From: a virus
Lineage: Duplodnaviria; Caudoviricetes
DNA length: 64,000 bases
IMG/VR virus record: IMGVR_UViG_2595698868_000001
Coordinates: 32,001-96,000 of that record
Direction: 5' to 3' (one strand)
A program made the position numbers and the translations under genes. Below the pieces are notes generated by a model. The model was not told the DNA's origin. It searched no databases and saw nothing but the letters and a program-made list of their open reading frames with translations. The stretch's first letter is position 1. Every line of letters begins with the position of its first letter. Positions 53,763 to 64,000 of this stretch are shown here, in pieces.

Positions 53763-56700
53763 ATGGCCGATCCCGTTTCGTTCGTCGTCGCTCGGGTCGC
53801 GCAGGTCGGCGTCAGCTATCTCTTCCCCTCGGAAGGCCCTCGTCTCAAGGACTTGAAGGTCACGGCGTCGACCTATGGCGCGGCGATCCCCTGGGTCTTT
53901 GGCCTGACGCGCGTGCCCGGCAATATGATCTGGGCTAAGCCGATTCGGGAAAAGAAGAAGAAGAAGATGGCCGGCAAGGGTGGTTTCTACAACCAGTACA
54001 CCTACTACGGCACCTTCGCGATGGGTCTCTGCATGGGACCGGTCAAGTCGATCCTGCGTATCTGGGCCGACGGCAAGTTGATCTACGACTTGACCAACGG
54101 CTTCGACCGTAAGGACCAGGACGACATGACGATCAAGCAGACCCTCCAGTCTGCGATCAACAACCCCCAAACCGTCTCGCCCAAGTACCGAATCCGCATG
54201 TACATGGGGGATGAGGAGCAACTGCCTGACTCCGCCATGGAGCAATACTTGGGCGCTGGCAACGCGCCGGCGTTCCGGGGCATGTGCTACCTCATGTTCG
54301 ACGATGTCCCTCTGGCTGACTTCGGGAACCGCTTCCCGCAAATCACCGCTGAGGTGTTCGTCGGCTCCACCGAGAATAACGCCCAGGTCATTCCGCTGAC
54401 CCTGTTCGACGGCACCACGCCGATCGACACCGACTATGCGCCGGGCGAAGCCATCTTCGATTGGGAGCGTAGTTTCGCCTACCTGCGCTACGACGACACG
54501 ATGGCGCAGATCAACCTGCGCACCTCCAAGCAGAACCAGCTTTTCACCAACGAGAACTTCCGTTTCCCTGATGGCGGTGGTCTCGATAAGCTGCTTTGCG
54601 CCGGCCGCGACAGTTCACTCTACGTCAATTTCGACTCGGCGACTGGCGGAACGGGCCGGTTCGCGCGTCTTGATCCCTACTCGCTGCAATGCCTCGCGGT
54701 GAAGGACTACCCGTCCGAAGTCGTGGCCGCAACGACGGCCTACGACAACCAATCGATCGAGCACGTACTGACCGTCTCGGCCGATGGGACGACGAAGTGC
54801 TTGAAGAAGGCGGACCTGAGTGAAGAATGGTCGCTGACCCTGCCGGGCAGCATCTTCAAGGTGTGCGCTCGGGACGCGGACGCAACGGGCAAGCCGACCT
54901 TCTTCGTTTTTCATGGTGACGGCGGAACCAATCTCTATCTGGCGCGCGTCCGGGACGGCGCCTACGAGGACGTGTGGGCTGGCTGGGCGCCCGACACGAC
55001 GATGCCCAGCGCCATTCTCTGGGACAGCGCCGTTCCAGGCGTGATCATGTTCTGGCATGATGGCGCCGCGCCCAATTCGAGTGTCGCGAAGTGGTCGGAG
55101 GACTCCAACTCGGAGGTCTGGCACCACAGCATCGTCGGCTACCCTGACGTCTTTGACGGTCAGTCGCGTTTGCTCAATCAGGTTCTTGCGTGGCAGGTTG
55201 ACGGTCGCCTGTTCGTGATCGACACGAATACCGGCTACTATCGCGACGACATCGTCGATCCGGGCACTGGCGAAGTCAACGGCGACGTAGGTGAGATCGA
55301 CTGGCAGGACTACCTGGATCGGTATCCGGACGTCAACGCCGCCTATTACGCCGGCGGTTACGAGGTCGCGGCCTCGCCGACGGACTTCGCGCAATGGCAC
55401 TATCAGCACTACGGCGAGGATGAAGGTCGTACGGTCACCTATATCGGTGACAATCAAGGCCAAGGCTTTGCGCTTCCGCCGGAATACGCCGGCATTTCCA
55501 GCAAGCTGCAAGGCTACGATGGCTTGCGTGCCGCTCTGGTCTGCCTGGACGGTATCGAAGGCTCTGCCGGCATCACCACGACGGGCGTGGGTGTGAGCGT
55601 CGGCACGGTCATCCAGCGTATGTTGACTGAAGGCGGGCTGACGCCTGCGCAGATGGCGCTCGATCCTCTCTACAAGATCGGCCTGCGCGGGTACGGCTGG
55701 GCCTCGGGCACGGACATCAAGTCGATCGTGGAGGAGTTGAAGCGCCTCTATCTGTTCGATCTTGTCGAGAGTGAGGGCATCATCGTTGCGATCATGCGCG
55801 GCAATCCCGACAACGGCTTGGGCGAGCCCGACATCACGATCCCGCAGAACGTCCTGGGCTCTTCGAGCCCCGAGGCTATGGACTTCTGGCAGGAGACGCG
55901 TGCCCAGGAAGCCGACCTGCCGTTCAACGTCACTCTGGCCTACATGAATTGGGAACAGGACTATGAGACGGGCACGGCCCGCTCGCAACGGATCAGCAAT
56001 CCGTTCCCGACCATGTTCTCGCGCCAACAACTGGCGCTAGAGATGAACGTCGTGATGACGCCGACCGAAGCCAAGGTCCAGGCCAACAAGATTCTGTACG
56101 CCCAATGGTATGAACGCACGCAGCACGTGTCCCGTCTGCCTTGGGCGTATCTCGCCATTGACCCAGCGGACATCATTCAGGTTCACATGAATGATGGGCG
56201 TTCCTATATCGACCGGCTGCACCGAACCGAACTTGGCGCCGACTTCTCGATCGCGACCGAAAGCTACAGCCAGGACAGTGGCGCGTACGCCGAGTGGGAG
56301 GACTTCATCAATGGCGACGGCGGCGCGGGGACGGGCACGTCGATCGTCGACGATGCGCCGCAAGTCTCGTTGCCCTTTATCCTGAATACGCCCCTACTGC
56401 GTGACCAGGACGACACGGGCGGGTCCTTCTCGACCTACTACGTCGGTCTGGGCAACGGTTCGCCCGGTGTGTGGAAGGGCGCCTCGCTCTACCGCTCGAC
56501 CAACAATCTCGACTACGATCTGATTGACTCCGGGGCCAGCGATGTCGAATGGGGGACCGTGATTGGCAAGCTGCCGCCGCCGCCGGCCAGCGCCTTCGCG
56601 GTGGACTGGAAGACCAAGCTGACCATCCTGCCGGCGGTTAGCTGGTTCGACGTCGACTCGATCACGGACGATGATCTCTGGCTGGGCGCAAACGCCTGCA

Positions 56701-57359
56701 TGGTCGGCGACGAAGTGATCCAGTTCCGAGACGTCGTGGAAAATGAGGATGGGACCTGGACGCTGTCGACGCTTCTGCGCGGCCGGCGCGGGACCGAATA
56801 CGCCTGCGACAATCACGTAGCCGGTGAACGTTTCATCTTCCTCGACTCCAACACGATCGTCGAGCAAGGGGACCTGATCAATTCGCGTGGACAGGCTCGA
56901 TTCTTCAAGGGCGTCGGTAACGGCAAGTCGCTGCAAGACGCCACGACGATTCAGATCGCCTACGAACCTCGCGACCTGATGCCCTATGCGCCCAAGGATA
57001 TTCGACGGGAGTTCTCCACGGCCGGCATTGAAGTTTCATGGTCGCGACGCACCCGGTTTGGCGGGAACATGGTGGATGGCACGGGCGAAGTGCCCCTGGT
57101 TGAGAAGTCGGAGCGCTATGAGGCGTATGTGCTTTCGGGGCCGTTTGAGGGCGACCTGTCGCGTGGCGTGGCACCGACCAATTACCTCCACAAGTACGAG
57201 GTGACCGAGCCGCGCTTCACTTACAACCTCTTGTCTCAAGGGCTGGACAGTTTCAACCCCACGACGGACACCCTGTACGTTGTGATCTATCAGTTGTCGG
57301 ATGCCGTGGGTCGCGGCTTCCCCGGCGTTCGCGCCATCCCCCCGTACACCGAGTTCTAG
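53763..57359 (+). CDS. GTA-like central tail/baseplate protein (copy 1)
   Basis: GPRLKDL..STYG..IP, RIWADGKLI, PAFRG, LLRGRRGTE, W.RRTR. Confidence 0.88.
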   Translation: MADPVSFVVARVAQVGVSYLFPSEGPRLKDLKVTASTYGAAIPWVFGLTRVPGNMIWAKPIREKKKKKMAGKGGFYNQYTYYGTFAMGLCMGPVKSILRIWADGKLIYDLTNGFDRKDQDDMTIKQTLQSAINNPQTVSPKYRIRMYMGDEEQLPDSAMEQYLGAGNAPAFRGMCYLMFDDVPLADFGNRFPQITAEVFVGSTENNAQVIPLTLFDGTTPIDTDYAPGEAIFDWERSFAYLRYDDTMAQINLRTSKQNQLFTNENFRFPDGGGLDKLLCAGRDSSLYVNFDSATGGTGRFARLDPYSLQCLAVKDYPSEVVAATTAYDNQSIEHVLTVSADGTTKCLKKADLSEEWSLTLPGSIFKVCARDADATGKPTFFVFHGDGGTNLYLARVRDGAYEDVWAGWAPDTTMPSAILWDSAVPGVIMFWHDGAAPNSSVAKWSEDSNSEVWHHSIVGYPDVFDGQSRLLNQVLAWQVDGRLFVIDTNTGYYRDDIVDPGTGEVNGDVGEIDWQDYLDRYPDVNAAYYAGGYEVAASPTDFAQWHYQHYGEDEGRTVTYIGDNQGQGFALPPEYAGISSKLQGYDGLRAALVCLDGIEGSAGITTTGVGVSVGTVIQRMLTEGGLTPAQMALDPLYKIGLRGYGWASGTDIKSIVEELKRLYLFDLVESEGIIVAIMRGNPDNGLGEPDITIPQNVLGSSSPEAMDFWQETRAQEADLPFNVTLAYMNWEQDYETGTARSQRISNPFPTMFSRQQLALEMNVVMTPTEAKVQANKILYAQWYERTQHVSRLPWAYLAIDPADIIQVHMNDGRSYIDRLHRTELGADFSIATESYSQDSGAYAEWEDFINGDGGAGTGTSIVDDAPQVSLPFILNTPLLRDQDDTGGSFSTYYVGLGNGSPGVWKGASLYRSTNNLDYDLIDSGASDVEWGTVIGKLPPPPASAFAVDWKTKLTILPAVSWFDVDSITDDDLWLGANACMVGDEVIQFRDVVENEDGTWTLSTLLRGRRGTEYACDNHVAGERFIFLDSNTIVEQGDLINSRGQARFFKGVGNGKSLQDATTIQIAYEPRDLMPYAPKDIRREFSTAGIEVSWSRRTRFGGNMVDGTGEVPLVEKSERYEAYVLSGPFEGDLSRGVAPTNYLHKYEVTEPRFTYNLLSQGLDSFNPTTDTLYVVIYQLSDAVGRGFPGVRAIPPYTEF

Positions 57360-57360
57360 A

Positions 57361-60300
57361 ATGGCCGATCCTATTTCGTTTGCCGTCGGCACGGTCGCCA
57401 CCATGGGGGTGAGCTACCTGTTCCCGTCCGAAGGTCCGCGCATCAAGGACTTGAAGATCAGCGCCTCGACGTACGGAGCCCAGATTCCGAATGTCTTCGG
57501 GGTCACGCGCGTGCCCGGCAACATGATCTGGTCGAACAAGATTCGTGAAAAGAAGCGCAAGAAGATGGTTGGGAAGGGCGGCTTCTACAACCAATATCAA
57601 TATTTCTGCACGTTCGCGATGGGCTTTTGCTACGGGCCGATCACGATGCTTCGCAAGCTCTGGGCTGACGGCAAGCTCATCTTTGATGCGAGCGGAGAGT
57701 CTGAGCTTGAGACTAAGCATAACTATAAGCTGAACATCTACACGGGCAGCGAAGAGCAGTACCCCGATCCGATCATGGAGTCGATCGTCGGTGAGGGTAA
57801 CACGCCGGCATATCGCGGCCTGTGCTATGTCGTGTTCGACGACATGCCACTCGACGATTTTGGTAATCGTATTCCGCAGTTGACCGCCGAAGTCTTCAAT
57901 GGCGAAGGTGTCATTGTCGCGGACGGTCCTGATATTGTTTTCCAGAATCCGGAACCGGAAGAGAACACTGGCGACAATCGACCGCCTGTAAGCAGCACCT
58001 ATCAGATCAACCAGATCGGCGTCGACACTTTCGGCGGCTATTTCTACCTGATCGACAAGGATCACCCGCTGCCCATTATTCGTCAATTCCGAATTTCGGA
58101 TGGTCAAGAGTGCGGGCGATTCCAGTTTGTAACTCCGCGAACTGATTTCTGCTATGAGTTCAGCTACGACTCCCAGACGATTGATCAGATCGTCGGGGTT
58201 ACCCCTCGGGGCGAACTCTTGTGCTCGATCAGCCTGAACAACAACGTTGCTTACTGCATGATCGACCTGATCACCGGTGATCTAGGCGTACACGGGACCA
58301 CGGACCCTTTTGGCGGACGCAATTGCGGATACGGTACCGGCACGCCGCCGGGCAACGGCTCAAACTATCACGCAATCTCTGTCAGCAGTTCCGGCATGGC
58401 CGAGTTGGGGATCAGCGGCCTCTTCGGAGATGTCTCTATTTACGACTGCACCAGTATTTTGGCGTTTAATGCGAATCCTCAGCAGACGGCAACCACGCAC
58501 TATGGGCGTTCTTCAGTTATTGTGGGCGCGTACGGTGCGTCGACCTGCCATTTCTTCTTGCCGCACGTAGATTCCGAAAACTCGAACGTCATCACGATTA
58601 AGCGCGCTACGCGCAGCTACGACCAAATCGGCGTATCTGATGTGGGATTTATTCAACCCTTTGGACCTCAGGACCCCAATTACGGGTTCGGGCATATCAT
58701 CGTTTTCAACGCGGTCTACGACACCACGGACGGCGGCGTGCTCGTGATGTTCACGGCGCGTAAGGCGGACGGCACGAACGGCGAATACTTTGCAAAGTGG
58801 TCGGGTATCACTGGCCGGCAGCTTTGGGTCAAGGAAGTGCCGATCGAAGCGCCGGGCGTCTATCCGCGCGTCGGCACTGCGCACCAGGGGCAATATGCCT
58901 TCGTGCTGCCCCTGAATTCGCACGTACTGTATCCGACTGTCTGGATCATCGACACGATGACGGGTGATTGGAAGGCGATGTCGGTCTCCGAGCAGCCGTC
59001 CTTCGTGAGCTATACCGATGAAACGGAGAGCGAAGTGATCGTCGATCAGGCAGCCTACACGGGCTACCCGATCAAGGATACGGTGTTCATTGGCTACGAT
59101 ATGCAGTATTACGACCCGGTCCGGCAAGCGGTCATCACGCTCGGCTCCGGAGGTACTGACAAGATCGTCAAGATCGGTCCGGAGATTGGTTCGACGACTC
59201 TCGGCGCGATCGTGCGCAGCGTGCTCAAGCGGGGAGGCCTTACCAACCAGCACATGGACATGTCGCGCCTGGAGTCAACTCATGTCTGGGGGTACGGGTG
59301 GGCCGCCGCGACCGACATCAAGTCGGTCCTGGAAGAACTCCAACGCGTTTACCTCTTCGATATCGTCGAGAGCGAAGGCAAGCTGGTCGGCGTGATGCGG
59401 TCTACGGGTTCCGATGAGGATTTCCCTGGCTCGACGGTCGTGACCATCAAGCAGGGCGCCCTGGGCTCCACTAGCCCCGAACTCGCCGACTTCTGGCAAG
59501 AGACCCGCATCCAGGAAGCGGACCTGCCGGCGAAGATCAACTTCACCTACATGAACCTGGACGCGGACTACCAGCCCGCTACCGCCTACTCCAAGCGGAT
59601 CAGCGACCCGGCTCCGACGATGTTCTCCTCGCAGCAGGTGGCGATCGAGATCAACATCGTCATGAAGCCGTCCGAGGCCAAGACCCAGGCAAACCGTGCG
59701 CTCTACGCCCAATGGGCCGAGCGCACGATGCACAAGACGATCCTACCCTGGGCCTATCTGCGCCTGGACCCGGCGGACCTGATCACCGTCGAGATGGATG
59801 ACGGTCGTTCCTATCGGGAGCGCTTGCATCATACCGAGATCGGCGCCGACTTCTCCATCCAGTCCGAAACCTACGGGCAGGACAGTGGAGCCTATGACAT
59901 CGTCCGTGAAGGCGATGGCGGCGGCGTGCCTTCTCAGCCTATCAAGGCGCCCGGCACGATCACCGGCTTCATCATCAACACGCCCCTCTTGCGGGACCAG
60001 GACGATACCGGCGGGTCCTCCAGCCGCTATTACGCGGCGCTCGGCAACGCGAGCGGTGACGGGTGGCGCGGCGGGGAACTGTGGCGCGCAGAATCGCTTC
60101 CCAACTTCGATCAGATCGATACGCCGATCAACGAGGCTGAATGGGGTCATGTCGCGAGCATCTTGCCGCCGCCGCGTCACGGTCATTTCGCCTTGGATTG
60201 GGAAAACAAGCTCACGATCTGGCCCGGCGTAAAGTGGTTCGAACTCGATTCGATCACCGACGACGAACTGTGGGCCGGCGGAAATGCGGCGCTTGTTGGC

Positions 60301-60951
60301 GATGAGGTGATCCAATTCCGTGACGTGCGCGAGAATGACGACGGCTCCTGGACCGTCTGGAATCTGTTGCGCGGTCGGCGGGGGACGGAATACGCAACCC
60401 ACACCCATAAGCAGAGCGAAAAGTTCCTGTACTTGCTGAACGAGAATTCTATCGCTCCCGAAGGAGAAATGATCGACACGCGTGGACAGAAGCGCTACTA
60501 TAAGGCCGTCGCTTATGGTCGGACGATCGCGGAAACGCCGCTGATCACCGTCGACTACGAGCCTCGCGATCTGATGCCGTATGCTCCCAAGGACATCCGG
60601 CGCGAATTCACCTCTGACGGACGCATCGAAGTTTCCTGGGCGCGACGTACGCGCATGGGCGGCAACATGCAGGATTACGTGGGCGAGGTCCCTGTAAACG
60701 AGGCTGCCGAGAAGTACGAGGTCTATTTCTACAAGACCCCCTTCATTGGTGATCTGTCGCGCGGCGGGCAGGTTCAGCCTGACTATTTCCACTCGGCGGT
60801 GGTCACTGAACCGCACTACAGCTTCCTGCCCGATCCGACCCAATTTGCCAGTAATCTTGACACGTTGACGGTCGTGGTTTACCAAATTTCTGCGACGGTC
60901 GGTCGTGGATTCCCAGGCACTCGCGATATCGAACCCTGGCAGGACTTCTAG
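57361..60951 (+). CDS. GTA-like central tail/baseplate protein (copy 2)
   Basis: tandem paralog with the same N- and C-terminal motifs and a divergent middle. Confidence 0.88.
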   Translation: MADPISFAVGTVATMGVSYLFPSEGPRIKDLKISASTYGAQIPNVFGVTRVPGNMIWSNKIREKKRKKMVGKGGFYNQYQYFCTFAMGFCYGPITMLRKLWADGKLIFDASGESELETKHNYKLNIYTGSEEQYPDPIMESIVGEGNTPAYRGLCYVVFDDMPLDDFGNRIPQLTAEVFNGEGVIVADGPDIVFQNPEPEENTGDNRPPVSSTYQINQIGVDTFGGYFYLIDKDHPLPIIRQFRISDGQECGRFQFVTPRTDFCYEFSYDSQTIDQIVGVTPRGELLCSISLNNNVAYCMIDLITGDLGVHGTTDPFGGRNCGYGTGTPPGNGSNYHAISVSSSGMAELGISGLFGDVSIYDCTSILAFNANPQQTATTHYGRSSVIVGAYGASTCHFFLPHVDSENSNVITIKRATRSYDQIGVSDVGFIQPFGPQDPNYGFGHIIVFNAVYDTTDGGVLVMFTARKADGTNGEYFAKWSGITGRQLWVKEVPIEAPGVYPRVGTAHQGQYAFVLPLNSHVLYPTVWIIDTMTGDWKAMSVSEQPSFVSYTDETESEVIVDQAAYTGYPIKDTVFIGYDMQYYDPVRQAVITLGSGGTDKIVKIGPEIGSTTLGAIVRSVLKRGGLTNQHMDMSRLESTHVWGYGWAAATDIKSVLEELQRVYLFDIVESEGKLVGVMRSTGSDEDFPGSTVVTIKQGALGSTSPELADFWQETRIQEADLPAKINFTYMNLDADYQPATAYSKRISDPAPTMFSSQQVAIEINIVMKPSEAKTQANRALYAQWAERTMHKTILPWAYLRLDPADLITVEMDDGRSYRERLHHTEIGADFSIQSETYGQDSGAYDIVREGDGGGVPSQPIKAPGTITGFIINTPLLRDQDDTGGSSSRYYAALGNASGDGWRGGELWRAESLPNFDQIDTPINEAEWGHVASILPPPRHGHFALDWENKLTIWPGVKWFELDSITDDELWAGGNAALVGDEVIQFRDVRENDDGSWTVWNLLRGRRGTEYATHTHKQSEKFLYLLNENSIAPEGEMIDTRGQKRYYKAVAYGRTIAETPLITVDYEPRDLMPYAPKDIRREFTSDGRIEVSWARRTRMGGNMQDYVGEVPVNEAAEKYEVYFYKTPFIGDLSRGGQVQPDYFHSAVVTEPHYSFLPDPTQFASNLDTLTVVVYQISATVGRGFPGTRDIEPWQDF

Positions 60952-60999
60952 TCCGCCGGCCCTTCCACCGTCTCTGAAGAGTCACGTTTCGGTCCAAAA

Positions 61000-61833
61000 A
61001 TGACTGACTATACCTCCATCCTTCACATGCCGATGGTGGCCCCCAATCAGAACCAGAAGGAGGCCACGATCAACACCGCCTTGGCGATCGTCGAGGCGGC
61101 GTGCAACGACACGCTGGTGTTGACCTTGAGTGGCAACCGCGCGCTGAACGCCGAGGAGTTTACGCGCTACTTCTTCTTCAAGTTCACGGGCAATTCCGTC
61201 ACCCGGAATGTTTCGGTCCCCAACACCCCGCGCTTCTTCACGGTCTCGAACGCGGGCACGGCCTCGATCAATCTGGACGTCATTGGCGGCAGTGACACGC
61301 CTGTGGTCATCGAAGCCGACAAGCGCGTCCTGGTCTATAGTGACGGCACGCAGATCGTGGCGGTCTCCTCGGGTGTGTCGGCCCTGGGCAACCTTTCGGA
61401 CGTGACCGGAGCCGGCGATGCGAGCGCGGGGCAAGTGCTCAGCTTCGACTCGGGTTCGGGAACCTGGACGCCGACCGACAACATCGCCGATCGCGAATTC
61501 TTCACCAACGGCAAGCCGACGGCTTCACAGCGCGTCTACGCCCACACTTTCGCGCGCAACTGCCGCCTCTTCAGTGACTTCAGTGGGTCGCAAGGCCGCG
61601 CCGGCACCGCCGCCTCAGCAAACGCCGTCTTCAACGTCTACAAGGGCGCTACCCTGGTCGGCACCATGACGGTCGCGGCCGGCTCCACGGTTTTCACCTT
61701 CTCGACCGACACCGGCGGCGGCTCGACCACCGTGACCTTCGCACCCGGCGATACGCTGACGATCCGGGCGCCGTCCTCGCAGGACGCCAACCTCGCCGAT
61801 ATCTCCGTCACCCTCAAGGGCGTCTACTTCTAA
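61000..61833 (+). CDS. tail fibre-associated protein (DUF2793-like N-terminus)
   Basis: L.MP.VAPNQNQKEATIN.AL. Confidence 0.75.
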   Translation: MTDYTSILHMPMVAPNQNQKEATINTALAIVEAACNDTLVLTLSGNRALNAEEFTRYFFFKFTGNSVTRNVSVPNTPRFFTVSNAGTASINLDVIGGSDTPVVIEADKRVLVYSDGTQIVAVSSGVSALGNLSDVTGAGDASAGQVLSFDSGSGTWTPTDNIADREFFTNGKPTASQRVYAHTFARNCRLFSDFSGSQGRAGTAASANAVFNVYKGATLVGTMTVAAGSTVFTFSTDTGGGSTTVTFAPGDTLTIRAPSSQDANLADISVTLKGVYF

Positions 61834-61834
61834 A

Positions 61835-64000
61835 ATGACCGACTACACGCCGGACCTCCACCTTCCTCTGGTCGCGCCGAACCAGAATCAGAAGGAAGCC
61901 ACGATCAACACCGCGCTGGCCATTCTGGAGTCGGCGGCGAACGATTCGGTCACGATTTCGCTGATCTCGGGCAACCTGACGCTCAACGACGATCAGTACA
62001 CGAAGTATTTCCACCACCAGTTTGTCGACCACGCCTCGTCGCGCATCGTTTCGCTGCCGGCGACGCGTCGCTGGTTCGCTGTCGAGAACCTCGGCGGAGG
62101 CCCGATCACCTTCAAGGTGACCGGGTCTACGGGCCTGTCTGCCGAACTGCCGTCCGGCAAGATCGGATTGGTGGTCTCCGATGGAGTCGATGTGCGTTTC
62201 GTGGTTCCCGATCCGACCGGCGGGCTGGGCCTCCTGCGAGACCTGTCTGACGTCGATGGCATCCCCACGGATGGACAACTGCTGCGCTGGTATGCGGCCG
62301 ACAGCCTGTGGAAGCCCTGGACTCTGACGCTGCCCTTCAAGGGCCTGAGCGACGTCCCGAGCACCTACGTTGGCGAAGGTGGGAAGCTCCTTGCCGTCCG
62401 CATGGATGGCACCGGCATCGAGTTCGTGTCCTCGGCTGCCAACATCAATTCGTTCGTCGATCTGGACGATACGCCCAACAGCTACTCGGGCTCCGCCAAC
62501 TTCACCGTCAAGGTCAACTCCGCCGGCACGGGCCTGACCTTCGCGCTACCGCGCCTGACCGAAGCCGCCGACTTCCCCTCGAATTATACGGGCGCCGCCG
62601 GCAAGCTGCTGCGCGTCAACTCGACCGCGAACGGAGTCATGTTTGACGTCCTCAAGGTTGTCGACCTGAGCGACGGTCCTGGGGCGCCGTCTGCGCCTAA
62701 TGCCCTGCGCTACATCCGCGTCAACGCTGCGGGTAACGGCTGGGAATACGCAACGGGAACCGGTGGCCCGGATCACTTCACGCAACTCGAAGACACGCCT
62801 GACAACTACACGGGTAAGGCCAAGCAATTCCCGCGTGTCAACGACGCCGAAGATGGCCTGATCTTCTCGACCGTCAAGTTCACCGATCTCGCGGACGGGC
62901 CGGGCGCGTTCACGGGCTCGGGCAAGAAGTTCCTGCGTATCAATACGGCAGCGAACGCGATCATCTACGACGCACCGAAGGTTGAAGACCTCGCGGATGG
63001 TCCCGGTGCGCCGGCGGTGGCACACGCCAAGAAGGTGCTGCGTGTCAACACGGCTGGTAACGCGGTCGAGTACATCACGCTCAAGATTACCGACCTGGGC
63101 GGTTTCCCCTCGTCGTTTACGGGTCAGGGCGGCAAGTATCTGATCGTCAAGGGTGACGAATCGGGCATCCAGTTCACGACGGCCTCTTATACGACGAGCT
63201 TCCTGAATCTGACTGACGTACCTGCGGAATCCTATGCAGGTCTCGCCGGCCGGGCCTTCGTTGTCGACCCCACGGCCACGGGCCTCATTCCGGGTCCGAT
63301 CATCCCGACCCGCCTGGGTCAACTGGCGGATGTCGAGGACGGCACGGGCACCCCGCAGCAGGGCGACTTCCTGCGCTGGATCGACGGGGTCTGGCAAGCC
63401 GATCCGTTCCCGGTCACGGGTGGCGGAGGCGGCGGCGCGACCGAACTGGCTGAACTGACGGACGTCGAGATTGCTGCATCGGACCCGCCGCAGGATGGTC
63501 AGGTTCTGGGCTTCAGCGCCGCGACCGGTAAGTGGACGCCGACGACCGTGCAGACGACGGTCGTCTCAGACCTGGATGATCTGGCGGACGTTACGATCAC
63601 CTCGCCGGTCAATGGGCAGATCATGGTCTACCGTGATGGCGAGTGGGTCAACGAGGACCCCGCCAGCCAGGGCGTGCCTTCGAATGGCTCGCATATCTAC
63701 TGGCGGTTGCTGCTGCACGCTACCGACGGCTCGACCGTTCAATACGGCATCCAGGAAATCCAGTTCAAGCAGTCCAAGTTTGGGCCGGATTTGGCGAATG
63801 GCGGCACGGCCTCGGCGAGCACGGACGAATTCGGCACCGCGAGCGGCGCCTTCGATAACGTGATCAGCGGGGCTTGGTTCTCGACCACGGCCGCCGACGG
63901 CCAATGGATCAAGTATCAGTTCCCGACGCCGGCTGAAGTGCGATACATGACGATCCAGGGATCGCAGTCGCAGCCGAACACGTCGCCGTCGGCCTTCTCG
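61835..64000 (+). CDS. tail fibre protein, truncated by window end
   Basis: MTDYTPDLHLPLVAPNQNQKEATINTAL; repeated L.D.P.SY.G..GK...VN modules; open to the end, so absent from the ORF track. Confidence 0.85.
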   Translation, partial: MTDYTPDLHLPLVAPNQNQKEATINTALAILESAANDSVTISLISGNLTLNDDQYTKYFHHQFVDHASSRIVSLPATRRWFAVENLGGGPITFKVTGSTGLSAELPSGKIGLVVSDGVDVRFVVPDPTGGLGLLRDLSDVDGIPTDGQLLRWYAADSLWKPWTLTLPFKGLSDVPSTYVGEGGKLLAVRMDGTGIEFVSSAANINSFVDLDDTPNSYSGSANFTVKVNSAGTGLTFALPRLTEAADFPSNYTGAAGKLLRVNSTANGVMFDVLKVVDLSDGPGAPSAPNALRYIRVNAAGNGWEYATGTGGPDHFTQLEDTPDNYTGKAKQFPRVNDAEDGLIFSTVKFTDLADGPGAFTGSGKKFLRINTAANAIIYDAPKVEDLADGPGAPAVAHAKKVLRVNTAGNAVEYITLKITDLGGFPSSFTGQGGKYLIVKGDESGIQFTTASYTTSFLNLTDVPAESYAGLAGRAFVVDPTATGLIPGPIIPTRLGQLADVEDGTGTPQQGDFLRWIDGVWQADPFPVTGGGGGGATELAELTDVEIAASDPPQDGQVLGFSAATGKWTPTTVQTTVVSDLDDLADVTITSPVNGQIMVYRDGEWVNEDPASQGVPSNGSHIYWRLLLHATDGSTVQYGIQEIQFKQSKFGPDLANGGTASASTDEFGTASGAFDNVISGAWFSTTAADGQWIKYQFPTPAEVRYMTIQGSQSQPNTSPSAFS

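Noticed and set aside
53763-60951. Diversity-generating retroelement or invertible tail cassette
   Set aside because: No reverse transcriptase or invertase, no adenine-specific TR/VR pair, and both copies are in the same orientation.
7620-61005. CRISPR array interpretation of the repeated palindrome
   Set aside because: Copies are dispersed kilobases apart with no spacer periodicity, and there are no cas genes.

Overview
This window is a 64-kb segment of a large GC-rich, phiCbK-like siphophage of Caulobacteraceae (Caulobacter/Brevundimonas-type host). It contains small accessory genes (three FlbD/SwrD-like paralogs, a DHH phosphoesterase, a DEDD exonuclease, an HNH nuclease), head genes (scaffold, major capsid, paralogous Gly/Thr-rich virion proteins, a 2750-aa glycine-rich/LamG protein), about 35 tRNA or tRNA-like genes in several clusters, auxiliary genes (FkbM methyltransferase, metallophosphoesterase, peptide deformylase, PhoH) and a GTA-like tail module. 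The most striking observation is that each of the two big tRNA operons is preceded by a short unannotated leader ORF built almost entirely from codons read by the tRNAs downstream: T/S/H/K/P/L/A before the Pro-Thr-Lys-Leu-His-Ala-Ser cluster, and Y/R/N/V/Q/I/F before the Tyr-Phe-Val-Ile-Gln-Asn-Arg cluster. The second leader has a classical 1:2 / 2:3 / 3:4 attenuator. This suggests a multi-tRNA-sensing attenuation system that switches on phage tRNAs when host tRNAs are depleted; that function is inferred, not shown. Many tRNAs are structurally non-canonical. Two phage-wide regulatory motifs recur, both containing GANTC. All calls come from reading the sequence by eye; no database searches were run.
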